Assembly (NCBI GenBank): GCA_963805975.1
Contig: CAWDVR010000001.1
Location: forward strand, 1-64,000
Origin: an uncultured Acidobacteriota bacterium
GTDB lineage: Bacteria > Acidobacteriota > Thermoanaerobaculia > Multivoradales > SZUA-115
Direction of reading: 5' to 3'
DNA length: 64,000 nt
The position numbers were made by a program, and so were the translations under genes. This document shows, in pieces, positions 1-11,920 of the stretch. The notes beneath the pieces were generated by a model. The model searched no databases and was not told the DNA's origin. It worked only from the letters and a program-made list of their open reading frames with translations. Every line of letters starts with the position of its first letter. Within the stretch, counting starts at the first letter, position 1.

Positions 1-6
1 GACGCC

Positions 7-2281
7 GTGGTCGAGAACGGCCGCGTCACGTCCGTGCGGCCCTTCGCAGCCGACCCGGTGCCAGGCAGCCTGATCGAGGCGACACCAGACATCGTCCACG
101 CCGCCTGCCGCATCGACCGGCCCTACATCCGCCGGGGCTGGCTGGAAGGGAAGCGCCGCGGGCACCTGCGCGGCGGCGACCCCTTCGTGCCCGTTTCCTG
201 GGACCGCGTGACGCGGCTGCTCGCGGAAGAAGTGCGCCGCACCCGCGCGGAGCACGGCGACGCGGCGATCTACGGCGGCTCCTACGGCTGGTCCTCCGCC
301 GGGCGGCTGCACCACGCGCGCACCCAACTCCACCGCTTCCTCGGCCAGGGCGGCGGCTTCACCTCGTCGACCACCGCCTACTCCTACGCCACCGGCCAGA
401 CCTTGCTGCCGCACATCCTGGGCACGACGGAAGTTCTGCTCGGGCGGGTGACGGATTGGGCGGCCATCCGGCGGCACGCGAAGCTGATGCTCTGCTTCGG
501 CGGCCTCGCGGCGAAGAACGGCATCGTCAATTCGGGCGGCGGCGGTCGGCACGACTACCTGCCGCTCATGCGCGCCGCGGCCGCGGCCGGCGTGCGGCTC
601 GTGAACATCTCCCCCTTCCGCGGCGACACGGAGGAGGATCTGGACGCCGAATGGGTGCCGATCCGCCCCGGCTCCGACACCGCGATGATGCTCGCCATGG
701 CGCACACGCTGGTCGAGGCGGGGCGCGAGGACCGCGCCTTTCTCGCCAGCCACTGCGTCGGTTGGGACAAGCTCCGCGCCTACGTCATCGGTGAGGCGGA
801 CGGGGTGGCGAAGACACCGGAATGGGCGTCCGCCATCACCCACGTCCCCGCCGACACCATCCGCCGCCTGGCGCTGGAATGCGCCGAAAAGCCCACCATG
901 CTCACCGCCGCCTGGTCGCTCCAGCGCGCAGACTACGGCGAGCAGCCCTATTGGATGCTGACAGCGCTCGCGGGGATGCTCGGCACGGTCGGCAAGCCGG
1001 GGCTCGGCGTCGCCTTCGGCTATGGCTCCACCAACGGCGTCGGTGCGCCGCGCCGTCCGCTGCCGGCGGTGAGCGGCCCCGGGGTGCGCAATGCCGGGCT
1101 GCACATCCCGGTCGCGCGCATCACCGAGATGCTGGAGCGGCCCGGCGAGGTGCTGCAATACAACGGCCAGGAGATCACGCTGCCCGACATCCGCATGGTC
1201 TGGTGGGCCGGCGGCAACCCCTTCCACCACCACCAGGACCTCGCACGGCTGCAACGCGCCTGGGCGCATGCCGAGACGGTGGTGATCCAGGAGCCGTGGT
1301 GGACCGCCGTCGCCCGCCACGCCGACATCGTGCTCCCCGCCACCACCACCTTGGAGCGGAACGACATCGCGTCGTCGTCGCGCGACCGCTACGTGCGCGC
1401 CATGCACCAGGCCATCCCGCCGATCGCGCAGGCGCGGAACGACATGGACATCCTCGCGGACCTGGCCGACGAGCTCGGCTACCGCGACCGCTTCACCGAG
1501 CAGCGCAACGAGGAGGCATGGCTCCGCCACCTCTACGACCGCTGGCGCCGCGTCTGCGCGACGCAGGGCTTCGAAGCGCCGGACTTCGACACCTTCTGGG
1601 AAGAAGGCCATGTCGAGGTGCCGCCGATCGAGCCCGGCGAGGAATACACCCAGTTCGCCGAGTTCCACGCCGACCCGGAGGAGCACCCGCTCGACACGCC
1701 CTCGGGCAAGGTGGAGCTCTTCTCCGAAACCATCGCGTCCTTCGATTACGACGACTGCCCCGGCCACCCCGTTTGGATCAAGCCGCGCGAATGGCTGGGC
1801 GCTGCGGAGAAGACGGCGGAGCACCCGCTGCACCTCCTTTCCTTCCAGCCCGCGACGCGCCTGCACGGCCAGCTCGACCCCGGCCGGGTGGCGGCGGCGG
1901 ACAAGATTCGGGGCCGCGAGCCGGTGCTCGATGCACCCCGAGGACGCCGCCGCGCGCGGCCTCCAGGGCGGCGACATCGTGCGCATCTTCAACAGGCGCG
2001 GCGCCTGTCTCGCCGGCGTGCGGCTGGATGGCGGCCTGTTGCGCGGCGTCGTCTCGATGGCCACCGGCGCCTGGTACGACCCGGCGCGGCCCGGCGACCC
2101 GGACTCGCTCTGCATCCACGGCAACCCGAACGTGCTGACCGCCGATATCGGCACCTCGCGCCTCGGCCAGGGGCCGTCCGCGCAGTCCTGCCTGGTGGAG
2201 ATCGAGCGCTGGTTCGGCGACCTGCCGCCGGTCACCGCCCACGCGCCGCCGGCGATCGCGGAGGAGAACGCCACCGCGTGA
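7..2281 (+). CDS. Molybdopterin oxidoreductase, DMSO reductase family (BisC/TorZ-like); 5' end probably at or beyond the window edge; one frameshift near 1930
   Basis: Motifs GGSYGWSSAGRLH, AGGNPFHHHQD, ADIVLPATTTLERND and TPSGKVEL are in ORF 7..; the C-terminal domain (MHPEDAAARGL...GAWYDP...HGNPNVLT) continues in ORF 1610..2281. Confidence 0.85.
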
Positions 2282-3839
2282 TCCCTCGCCGCCGCGCCTT
2301 GGCCACGGCGGGCGTGCGCCATCGCCGCCCTGCCGCGGCCGGCCCTCGCCCAGCTCCGCCGCAACGACCTCGACCCGATGCCCCTGCCGGTGAAGCAGGA
2401 CGACACGATCGCGCGCGGCTACCGGCGCGACCTGCTACTCCGCTGGGGCGACCGCGTGGCCTTCGACGCGCCGCGCTGGGAGCCGAACGCCCCGAGGCCG
2501 GGAGCGGCCGCCGCGCAATTCGGTTGGGACGCCCGCGTCGCCGCCCTCGCCGTGCCGCAGCAACAGGCCGCGGACGGCGTGCCGCGCGCCGTGCTGGCGG
2601 TGCTGCACCCGACCGTGGACCCGCTCATGGCCTGGCCCGGCGGCGCGGACCGGCCGGTGGTGGCCGCCGCCATGCAAGGCGCGTCGCTCCTGAACCTGGA
2701 GCGGCTCGGCTCCGGCTGGGTGGTGGTGGACGGGGGCTACCAGACCAGGCGGCTGCATGGCGGCACGCTGTGCCGCCTGTCCGGCCCGCATGGCGGCGGC
2801 GGCGGCGTGCAGGGCCTGCTCGGCTTGGGGGGCGGCTGCACCACGCCCTGGGGCACCGTGCTGCTGGCGGAAGGCGATCCGCTTCCATGGATCGCGCGCC
2901 TCGGCGCCGCCGACCGGCGCTTCGCGTCCGCGTTCGGCTTCGGCTGGGTGGCGGAGCTCGACCCCTTCGACCCCGGCGCCGTGCCGGTGAAGCGGACCGC
3001 GCTCGGACGCTTCGCGCATGGCGACGTGGCGGCCACCCTCGCCCGCGACGGCCGCGCGGTGGTCTACATGACCGACCGGGGGGAGAACGGCTTTCTCCGC
3101 CGCTTCGTGTCGGCGGTGCCGGCAACGGTCCCGGGCGCGCTTGATTCCGGGACGCTGTCGATCGCGCGGCTGGCGGGCGCCCGGCTCGACTGGATTCCCG
3201 TCCCACCCGAGGCGGCGGCCGAGGCGAGCGCGGCGGCGGCGGCGGGAGGCACGCCGCTCGACACGCCCGCCGGGCTCGGCCTCGATCCCGAGCGGGCCCC
3301 GCATGCTGCTCTGCTGCCATGGCAGCCCGGCCCGGCCGCGGGGCTATGTGCTGGAGCTCTCGGCCGCTGGTGGCGACGATGCCGCGCCGGCCGCCGACGT
3401 CGGGCTGCTGTTGCAGGCCGGCGCCCCGTGGGAAGGCGGGCGGTACGGACGGGGAGCGGCAAGCCTTCCGCCGAACAGCGCCTGGCCCGAGAACCCGTCG
3501 GTGGTGGCGGTGGACGGGCGCGGCCGCGCTTGGATCGGGTGCGACCGCGCCGGCGTGGTCGGCGCGCAGGCGGACGGGCTCTTCGTGTGCGACCTCGAAG
3601 GGCCGGGACGCGGCGTGCCGCTGCCGATCTACGGCGCGCCGCGGGCCGGGGCGATCGGCGGCGTGGCCTTCACCCCGGATGGCGAGGTGCTGTTCACCGC
3701 CGTCCGGCACCCCGGCGCCGAGCCCGGCGCGCGTTTCGAGCGGCCGGGCACGCGCTGGCCGGAATTCGCCCCCGGCATCCCGCCGCGTAGCGCGCTCCTG
3801 GGCATCCAGCGTCTGGCAGGTGGGCCAGTGGGCGGATGA
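2278..3839 (+). CDS. phoX: PhoX/DUF839-family alkaline phosphatase-like beta-propeller protein, probably Tat-exported; frameshifts near 2316 and 3297
   Basis: GTG start followed by PRRRAL; motifs LLRWGD, GCTTPWGTVLLAE, PVKRTALGRFAH and VVYMTD; second frame carries FTPDGEVLFTAVRHPG. Several canonical PhoX metal ligands look divergent. Confidence 0.7.
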
Positions 3840-3878
3840 TCGGGCAGGTGATCGGGCGGATGATCGGACGGATGGCCG
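3831..3878 (+). repeat. Imperfect 12-bp tandem repeat, 4 copies (GGCGGATGATCG-like)
   Basis: ggcggatgatcg / ggcaggtgatcg / ggcggatgatcg / gacggatggccg; overlaps the phoX stop codon. Confidence 0.6.
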
Positions 3879-3963
3879 CCACAGCACCGGCGCAGCTTCG
3901 CCTTGTTTCAGTTGCAGTACATCTCAACGACTGGGGGTGTCCCCGCGAAAGGACGAGAACAGG

Positions 3964-4966
3964 ATGACCGAGGCCGCACGGGCCGCCTTCTGGCGCAACA
4001 AGCGAGTGCTGGTGACGGGGGGCGCGGGCTTCCTCGGCAGCGGGCTGTGCCACGCCCTTTCCGCGCTCGGCGCCCGCGTCACCGCGCTCGACGCCATGTT
4101 CGAGGATGGCGGGGCGAGCCTCGTGAACCTCCAGGGCGCTTCCGTGCTGCTGGTGCGCGGCGACGTCCGCGACGTGGAACTGCACAGCCTTTGCGCCGGC
4201 ACCGACGTGCTGTTCAACATGGCGGCGCAGACCAGCCACATGGGCGGCCAGCGCGACCCGGTCGCCGACATCGCCATCAACGCCGTGGCCCAGGTGCGCC
4301 TGATCGGCGCCATGCGGGAAGCGGCGCCGAACGCGACCGTGGTCCACGCCTCCACCCGCCAGTTCTACGGCCGGCCGTTGCAGCTTCCTGTGGACGAGAT
4401 GCACCCGGTGCAGCCGCCGGACGCCAACGGCGTCTCGAAATGGGCGGGCGAGCAGTACTGGCTCTTGGAACAGCGGGTGCTCGGCCGACCCGTGGTGTCG
4501 CTCCGCCTGACCAACTGCTACGGCCCACGCCTCCGCATCCGGGACGCGCGGCAGACCTTCCTCGGCATCTGGATACGCCGGGTGCTGGAGGGCGAACCCT
4601 TCGAGGTCTGGGGCGGCGAGCAGCTCCGCGACCTCGCCTACCTCGACGACGTGGTGCGCGCTTTCCTCCTCGCGGCGGAAGCGGCGCCGCGGCCGGAGGT
4701 CGCAGGGCGGGTGTTCAACCTCGGCGGCGCCCCGCCGGCCAGCCTGCGCGACCTGGCGGAGCGGCTGATCGCCGCGAATGGCGGCAAGGGACGCTACTCG
4801 GTGAAGGAATTCCCCGCCGACCGCGTGCTCCATCGACATCGGCAGCTTCCACGCCGACGACCGCGCCTTCCGGGCCGCTACCGGCTGGGCGCCGCTGGTC
4901 GGGCTCGACGAGGGATTGCGCCTGACCCTCGACTGGTACCGGGCGCGACTCGCCGACTACGTGTAG
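3964..4966 (+). CDS. NAD-dependent epimerase/dehydratase (extended SDR); frameshift near 4829
   Basis: VLVTGGAGFLGS, LRLTNCYGPR, RDLAYLDDVV; C-terminus (ATGWAPLVGLDEGL...) is in a shifted frame ending TAG 4966. Confidence 0.85.
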
Positions 4967-4977
4967 GATCGCCTTCC

Positions 4978-6125
4978 ATGAACCAGACGACGCTTCCCAT
5001 CCTGATCCCCCAGGCCGACCCGGGCGCGGGCTACCGGGCGCAGCGGGACGAGATCAGATCGAGGCCGTCGCTCGTGCGCTCCGCAGCGGCTGGTACATCC
5101 TGGGCAAGGAAGGCGAGGCCTTCGAGCAGGAATTCGCGGCCTGGCTCGGCACCGCCCGCGCGGTGGGCTGCGGCAACGGCACCGACGCCCTGGCGCTGAT
5201 CCTCCGAGGCCTGGGGATCGGCGAGGGGGCGACGGTGGCCACCGTCTCCCACACCGCGGTCGCCACCGTGGCGGCGATCGAGATGGCGGGCGCGGTGCCG
5301 CTGCTGCTCGACATCGACCCCGACACCTACACCATGGACCCCGACGAGCTGGCCGCCGTGCTGGACGACCCGCCGCCGGGCCTGCCGCCGATCCGCGCCG
5401 CCATCGCCGTCCACCTCTACGGCCAGCCCTGCGACCTCGGGCCGATGCTGGCGGCCTGCGAGCGCGCCGGCGCGGCGCTGATCGAGGACTGCGCCCAGGC
5501 GCATGGCGCCACCCTCAACGGCCGCAAGCTCGGCACGATGGGGCGGGCGGCCGCCTTCAGCTTCTACCCCACTAAGAACCTCGGCGCGCTCGGCGACGGC
5601 GGCGGGTTGGCGACCGACGATGCCGAACTCGCCGAGCGCATCGCCGCCATCCGCCAATATGGCTGGCAGGAGCGCTACATCTCCTCGCTGGTCGGCGTGA
5701 ACAGCCGCCTGGACGAGGTGCAGGCGGCGATCCTGCGGACGCGCCTGCCGCGGCTCGACGCGGGCAATGCGCGGCGGCGCGAGATCGCCGCTGCCTTTGA
5801 CGCGGCGCTGGCCGGTGGTCGGGACGCGCCGCCGGCGCGCCGGGCGGGCGCCGAGCACGTGTTCCACCAATACGTGCTGCGGGTTCCGGACCGCGACCCG
5901 GTGCAGGCGCGGCTCAAGGAGGCAGGCGTGGGCACCGGTATCCACTACCCCGTGCCCGTCCACCTCCAGGCCGCCTACCTCGACCGCGTGCCGCTCGGAC
6001 CGGCCGGCTGCAAGGAAACCGAGCGCGCGGCACGGGAGGTGCTGAGCCTGCCCATCTATCCCGAGCTGTCGGCGGAGCAGGTGGAGCGCATCTGCGCGGC
6101 GTTGCGCGGCTTGGCCAAGCGCTAG
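4978..6125 (+). CDS. DegT/DnrJ/EryC1/StrS PLP aminotransferase; frameshift near 5060-5080
   Basis: NGTDAL, VHLYGQP, EDCAQAHGA, FSFYPTKNLGALGDGG, NSRLDEVQAA. Confidence 0.9.
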
Positions 6126-6219
6126 GGTTTGAAGCTGACCAAAGCCGTTGGCTTGCCTAGCGTATCCTCGATACACCCTCGCCCCCGACGGCATGGCGGC
6201 GGCGATGGCGGATTTCAGC

Positions 6220-6672
6220 TCACATTCGTTCGCCGGGTAACTGGCTGGCTTGTTTCACCCATTCGGTGAGCTGGGCTTCGAACCCATCGCTTTCATGGAT
6301 GTCGAGGTAGCGCACTTCCGGGTGCTTGCTGGCGCCGGGCGGGATTGGTTGCAACGAGCTGCCGCGAAAGAAGGTCACCTTCACGTAGCGAGCGAAGACG
6401 TGGAGCGAGAGGAACCAGCCATCGCCTTCGTTGCCGTAAAAGGGCGAGTTCCATTTGACCGCCTTCCGCACGCCGGGGACGGTGCGCACCACGATGTCGT
6501 CGATGCAACGCCCGACATCGCGTTTCCAGCCCGGCATCGCCGCGATGTACCGCTGCACCGGTCCGTCGCCGTAGCCTTTGGCGATCTGGGGATTGCCGCC
6601 CGAGAGGAGGACCGGCTCCCCTCCATCCTTGCTTGCAACCCTCTCCGATCGGCCGGAGACCTTCGTCGCCAT
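6220..6672 (-). CDS. DUF1801 (YdhG-like) domain protein
   Basis: LLSGGNPQIAKG...VRKAVKWNSPFYG...YVKVTFFRG...WVKQASQLPG. Confidence 0.75.
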   Translation of the reverse strand: MATKVSGRSERVASKDGGEPVLLSGGNPQIAKGYGDGPVQRYIAAMPGWKRDVGRCIDDIVVRTVPGVRKAVKWNSPFYGNEGDGWFLSLHVFARYVKVTFFRGSSLQPIPPGASKHPEVRYLDIHESDGFEAQLTEWVKQASQLPGERM

Positions 6673-6773
6673 CGCGGTCTCTCCATCGCGCCGGTGAGAC
6701 CCTCGCCGGAACGGGGGGAGAACTCCCAGCATCTGCTTCCTTGTGCGGCTTCCCGGAACTGCTTTAAACCGAA

Positions 6774-6797
6774 TACATTCTCTTTACGGAATGTAAA
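6774..6797. promoter_or_regulatory. AT-rich dyad operator candidate upstream of radC
   Basis: TACATTC-N8-GAATGTA (6774-6795) overlaps TTTAC-N5-GTAAA (6783-6797). Confidence 0.4.
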
Positions 6798-6817
6798 CCT
6801 TGCGGCACGATGCCGGC

Positions 6818-7834
6818 ATGGGCTGGTGGAAGGATATCCTCGGCGGCCGGCGGGCGACGTCCGATGCCGATGAATGGGTATCCCAGACCTGGGAAACCGC
6901 GCCGCCGCCGCAGGGCCTCGCCGAAGGGACCATGGCCTTCGACGCCGCGACGGCGACCATCTCCAGCCCTGGGACAGCGCCGCCCGTCCGTCCTCCGCCG
7001 GTGCGTCGGCCGCGCCGTGACACTGGCACAGCGACCAAGACGCCCCCGCATCACGACGCCGCGGAACCCGCCAAAGCGCCGGCGGATTCGGAGCGTCCAA
7101 CTCCCGAGCCGCCAGCCGCGCCTCCCATACGCGGCCTGCCCGCGGAAATGCCGCCTTTCCCGAGCACCGGACCGCACGGGCATCGCGGCCGGATGCGCGA
7201 AAAGCTGCTGGAGCGTGGCCCCGAGGCCCTCGCCGACTACGAACTGCTGGAGATGCTCCTCTTCTTCGCCTTCAAGACCGGCGACACCAAGCCATTGGCG
7301 AAATCGCTGATCAACCGGTACGGCTCCTTCGCCGCCGTGCTGGCGGCGCCGCCGCGCGAGCTCCTGGAAGCGCGGGGCTTGGGCCCGCACAGCGTCTCCG
7401 CCATCAAGCTCGTCCAGGCCTCGGCGCTCCGCCTCGCCCGCGCCGAGGTGATGGAGCGCCCCGTCCTGAACAACTGGGAGCGCCTGGTCGACTACCTGAC
7501 CGCGGCGCTGGCGCGCGAGCGCGTGGAACAGGTGCGGGTGCTCTTTCTCGACCCGCGCAACCGCCTCATCGCCGACGAGGCGCTGGGCAAGGGCACGGTG
7601 AACCACACGCCCATCTATCCGCGCGAGGTGGTGAAACGCGCGCTGGAGGTGGGCGCGACGGCGATGATCCTCGTCCACAACCACCCGAGCGGCGACCCCA
7701 CCCCCTCGCGCGCCGACGTGGACATGACGGCCGAGGTGAAGGCGGCGGCGGCGGTGTTCGGCATCGTCCTGCACGACCACCTCATCGTCGGCAACGGGAA
7801 GCAGACCTCGCTGCGGAGGGAAGGACTGCTGTAG
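6818..7834 (+). CDS. radC: RadC (JAB/MPN) protein with a Pro-rich N-terminal extension
   Basis: GHRGRMREKL, LADYELLEMLL, GTVNHTPIYPREVVKRAL, ILVHNHPSGDPTPSRAD, LHDHLIVG. Confidence 0.92.
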   Translation: MGWWKDILGGRRATSDADEWVSQTWETAPPPQGLAEGTMAFDAATATISSPGTAPPVRPPPVRRPRRDTGTATKTPPHHDAAEPAKAPADSERPTPEPPAAPPIRGLPAEMPPFPSTGPHGHRGRMREKLLERGPEALADYELLEMLLFFAFKTGDTKPLAKSLINRYGSFAAVLAAPPRELLEARGLGPHSVSAIKLVQASALRLARAEVMERPVLNNWERLVDYLTAALARERVEQVRVLFLDPRNRLIADEALGKGTVNHTPIYPREVVKRALEVGATAMILVHNHPSGDPTPSRADVDMTAEVKAAAAVFGIVLHDHLIVGNGKQTSLRREGLL

Positions 7835-7850
7835 CGGAGCGGGCGCGCGC

Positions 7851-9469
7851 TCACGGTGCGCAGACCGGGGCCGCCACCCTGCTGATCGTGTGGAGACGGC
7901 TCTCGAACACCACGCTGGCCCGCGCCGGATCGACCGCCGATCCGACCGGCAGCATCACCCAGACCGCCTGGCCCACCGGCACGCAGGGCATCGGCGCGCC
8001 GGCGTCCGACACCGCGGACAAGAAACGCCGCCGGAGGGCGTCCCGCTCCTCCCACCGCACATAGGGATTGGAGAACAACTGCGGCAGCGCCACCGCGGTC
8101 CGGCCGGAGGCGAGCACGGTGAACACCGCCCGGCCCCGAACCGGTCGTCCGTCCTCGCTCAGGCGGGTGACGAACAGGTCGCGCGGTACGGTGTTCGCCA
8201 GCACCCATCGGTAGGCCGCCTCATCGACGAAGTACCCGTCGGGATGGTCGAGCGCCGCGGCGCGCACGGCACGATCGTGTGGGCGCGCCAGCAAGCTGGC
8301 AGCGCCGACAACGCCCGCCAGCGCGGCGACGCAGAAAGCGGTCACCGGCGAGGGCGCTCCTGCGGCTCGCGGGACTCTCCCACAGCAGCAGCGCTGCGAC
8401 CCGGCCGATCGCGCAAGCGCCGGCGACTTGCAGATAGATGTGGTAGTGGTGGATCGTCAGGACGAAGAACGAGCACACGCTTGGCGCCGCGCCGTCCGGC
8501 GCGCGGACCGCCTCGCACGCATAGGACCGGGCGAGCGCGACGAGGCAGACCGCCGCCCAGCTCAGCAGGATGACCACCGTGCGCCGGTCCGGCCCTCCCG
8601 CCGTGCCGCGGCCACCGCCACCACAGGATGGCGGCGACCGCGCCGGGCATGTTGAGCAGCAGCATGTAAGCCAGCGCGTCAGGTCCGACCGCAGGAAAGG
8701 CGCCACCGAATCCATGCCGGGACGGGGTTGACCATCCCGTTCGGAGTGCAGCAACGCCATCGGCAGCAGATACGGTATCGCAACGGCGAGCTCGAACGCG
8801 CCCACGACGGCGAGCCAAACAACTGTGCGGAGCCGCAGACCCTGCACCGCGAAGGCCGTCGCCGAAACAACGACGGTCAGCACCACGGCAGGCACGACGT
8901 GCGCGAGGAAGGTCAGCCCGATAGCGCCGCCGATCAGCATCGCATCGCGCAAACGGCCGTCGGCGACCCGGGCATGGATCAGCAGGATGGACAGGAAGAA
9001 CGGGATCTGCGCGATGCCGGGCGCCGAAAGCCATGGCGAATAGCCGCCCGCCGTCCAGGGCGTGCTGAACGCGCCGTTCCACAGCACGAAAGCGAGGCAA
9101 GCGGCGACTCCCGCCTCGGCCCCGCCGAGCAATCGCCGCGCCATAGCGAAGAAGCACAACGGCGCGGCCGAGGTTCACCCAGGGGCCGACCGCGATCCAG
9201 AAGCCGGGCAGATCTCCCTGCATGCCGCTCAGGAGCGCGCCGACCGCGGCCAGGACGGTCAGCAGCGGAGGGTAGTAGCGGACCGACCCCGGATAGCTCG
9301 GATCGCCGAACCAGTTCCCGTCCAGGAGCGCCTGCGCGAAGCCGATGTCCCGGAGCGGGTCCTGCTCGGGCGGCATGCTGATGCCGCGCGTCGTCAACGC
9401 ACCATGCACGGCGCAAAGGAGCAGCGCGACGGCGAGGACCACCCACGGCCATCGAGGCCCGCCGCGCAC
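7851..9469 (-). CDS. Polytopic membrane protein, possibly GT-C glycosyltransferase-like; split across three or more frames
   Basis: Hydrophobic segments in ORFs 8342..9469 (DPLRDIGFAQ...YYPPL), 8221..9159 and 7851..8345 chain into one gene. Confidence 0.5.
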
Positions 9470-9624
9470 CGCGTCGCGGATGTCCGTCCGCTTGGCGCTG
9501 ATGATTTCAGTAGTAATCGCTCAGGATTTCTCAACCTGGTGGTTCATCGCTGTCCAGGTTGTCGCATGGGCGGGAGCCCGGCCGTCAATGGGAATCGCCG
9601 GCCCGCGCCCGCGAGCCCGGTTGC

Positions 9625-10305
9625 TCAGCCCGGAATGGCTCCCGGAAGCCAGCCGCAGGCCGAGAGCGCCGCGCCGCATGTGTTCGGGCGGCGGCGCCGT
9701 CGCCGCGACCGGCGGTTCGAGCGGGAGCGCGACGGCGCGCGCCAGCAGGTGCATGGCGACGCCTTCGCCGCCGCCGTAGCGCGCATCGCCCAGGATCGGG
9801 CATCCGAGGTGCGCGCAATGGACGCGGATCTGGTGCGTGCGGCCGGTGCGCGGGCGGAGTTCGAGCCAGGAAAGCCCGTCCGCCCGCCCCAGCACGCGCC
9901 AGCTCGTCCAGTGCCGGCTGGCCCGGCCGGGTCCACCACCATGCGCCAGCCCTCGCGCGCGGTGCTGCGCTTGCCGAGCGGCGCGTCGACTTCGCCCTCG
10001 CTCTCCGGAGGCGCGCCGCGCACCACCGCCCAATAGGTCTTTTCCACCCGCCCCGACGCGAACAGCGCGCCGAGCGCGGCCAGCGCCGGCTTGGTGCGCC
10101 CGAGGACGAGGCATCCGGCGGTGTCCGTGTCCAGCCGGTGCGCCGGCTGCGGCAGGCGGCGCTTGCCGAAGGCCAGCGCCGGCAACCAGTCCTCGACCGA
10201 TGGACCGCCGCGCGGGCCACGATGGACGGGCAGGCCCGCCGGCTTGTCCAGCACCAGCACCGCGTCGTCGCGGTGCAGCAGCGGCAAACGCTCCTCCGGG
10301 ATCAG
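9625..10305 (-). CDS. RluA-family RNA pseudouridine synthase; frameshifted; start approximate
   Basis: [24 protein letters not shown] and KTYWA in one frame; [14 protein letters not shown] and [11 protein letters not shown] in another. Confidence 0.85.
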   Translation of the reverse strand: MIPEERLPLLHRDDAVLVLDKPAGLPVHRGPRGGPSVEDWLPALAFGKRRLPQPAHRLDTDTAGCLVLGRTKPALAALGALFASGRVEKTYWAVVRGAPPESEGEVDAPLGKRSTAREGWRMVVDPAGPAGTGRAGACWGGRTGFPGSNSARAPAARTRSASIARTSDARSWAMRATAAAKASPCTCWRAPSRSRSNRRSRRRRRRPNTCGAALSACGWLPGAIPG

Positions 10306-11915
10306 TCCGCCCGGCCGTGGCAGTGCTTGTACTTCCGGCCGCGAGCCGCAGGGGCAGGGCGCGTTGCGCGGCGTGCGCCCCCAGGTGGCGGGATCGGCCG
10401 GGTCCACGCCCTCGATCTGCCGGGGCGGCACGGCGGCGCCGCCATCGGCGCGTAGTCCGGCGTAGCCGCGCGGTCGGCGCCCCCGCCATCTCCAGCTCGC
10501 CCATGGCCGGCTCGGGGTGGCGCATGTCGAAGACCCGCACCGGCTCCGGCTCGGGCGGCGGCAGGTCGGCGCGGATCTCGACGCGCAGCAGCAGGCCCGT
10601 CACCCGCTCGCGCAGATCGGCCAGCATGCCGTTGAACAGCGCGAAGGCCTCGGACTTGTACTCGTTCAGCGGGTCGCGCTGGCCGTAGCCGCGCAGGTGG
10701 ATGCCCTGGCGCAGGTGGTCGAGCGCCAGCAGGTGCTCCTTCCACACCTGGTCGAAGACCTGGAGCAGCAGCGACTTCTCGACCATGCGCAGGAAGTCGG
10801 GGCCGATATTCGCGGCCTTGGCGGCGTAGACGCGGTCCACCTCGGCCTCGATGCGCTCGCGCACCTGGGTCTCGTCGATGCCCTCCTCGCGCGCCCAGTC
10901 GGCGACCGGCAGGTCGAGGCCGAGCGTGCCGCGCACCCGCTCCTCCAGCCCCGCGAGGTCCCACTGCTCGGGATAGGCGTTCTCCGGGATGGCGCGGTCC
11001 ACCATGGCGGCGACCGTCTCGCGGCGCATCTCGGCCACCGTCTCGGACACCTCCTCGGCGCGCATGAAGGCCTTGCGCTGCGGCGTAGACCTCGCGCCGC
11101 TGGTCGTTCATCACGTCGTCGTACTTCAGCAGGTTCTTGCGGGTGTCGAAGTTGCGCGCCTCGACCTTCTTCTGCGCCCGCTCCAGCGCCTTGTTGATCC
11201 AGGGATGGACGATCGCCTCGCCTTCCTTGAGGCCGAGCTTCTGCAGCATGCCGCCCATGCGGTCGCTGCCGAAGATGCGCATCAGGTCGTCTTCGAGCGA
11301 CAGGAAGAAGCGGCTCGCGCCCGGGTCGCCCTGCCGGCCGGAGCGGCCGCGGAGCTGGTTGTCGATGCGCCGGCTCTCGTGCCGCTCCGTGCCGATGACG
11401 AACAGGCCGCCGGCCTCGCGCACCTTGGCCCGGCCCTGCCTCCACCTCGGCCTTGTGGCGGGCGAGCGCCGCCTCGAACTCCGGGCCCTCGTTGGCGCCG
11501 GCCTCCTGCCGCGCCAGCATCTCGACATTGCCGCCGAGCTGGATGTCGGTGCCGCGCCCGGCCATGTTGGTGGCGATGGTGACGCCGCCGGGCCGCCCGG
11601 CCTGGGCGATGATCACCGCTTCCTGCTCGTGGTAGCGGGCGTTCAGCACGTTGTGCGGGATGCCGCGCTTCTTCAGCAGCGCCGAGATCAGCTCCGACTT
11701 CTCGATGCGAGGTGGTGCCGACCAGGCAGGGCTGGCCGCGGCCGCGCGCCTCGTCGATCAGCGCGATCACCGCCTCGTACTTCTCGCTCGGCGGAGCGGT
11801 ACACCTCGTCGTCGCCGTCCTCGCGCACGACGGCGACGTTGGTCGGGATCTCCGCCACCTCCAGCTTGTAGATCTCGGCGAACTCGTCGGCCTCGGTCGC
11901 CGCCGTGCCGGTCAT
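10302..11915 (-). CDS. secA: Preprotein translocase ATPase SecA, C-terminal half only; several frameshifts; cut at the segment junction
   Basis: [67 protein letters not shown], and the SEC-C motif RNAPCPCGS...KYKHCHG. Confidence 0.95.
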
Positions 11916-11920
11916 GCGCC
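11910..11920. other. Junction between two unrelated sequences (contig join or chimera)
   Basis: The GreA domain (...DLKGQLTRA) abuts mid-secA (MTGTA...) with no intergenic DNA; both genes are truncated and the frameshift density changes abruptly. Confidence 0.85.

Noticed and set aside
3831-3878. Regulatory or iteron repeat after phoX
   Set aside because: Short and degenerate, and overlaps a stop codon; likely local slippage.
1-11915. Programmed frameshifting or mass pseudogenisation in segment A
   Set aside because: Indels hit most genes, including essential secA, with no slippery-site pattern; sequencing error is the simpler explanation.
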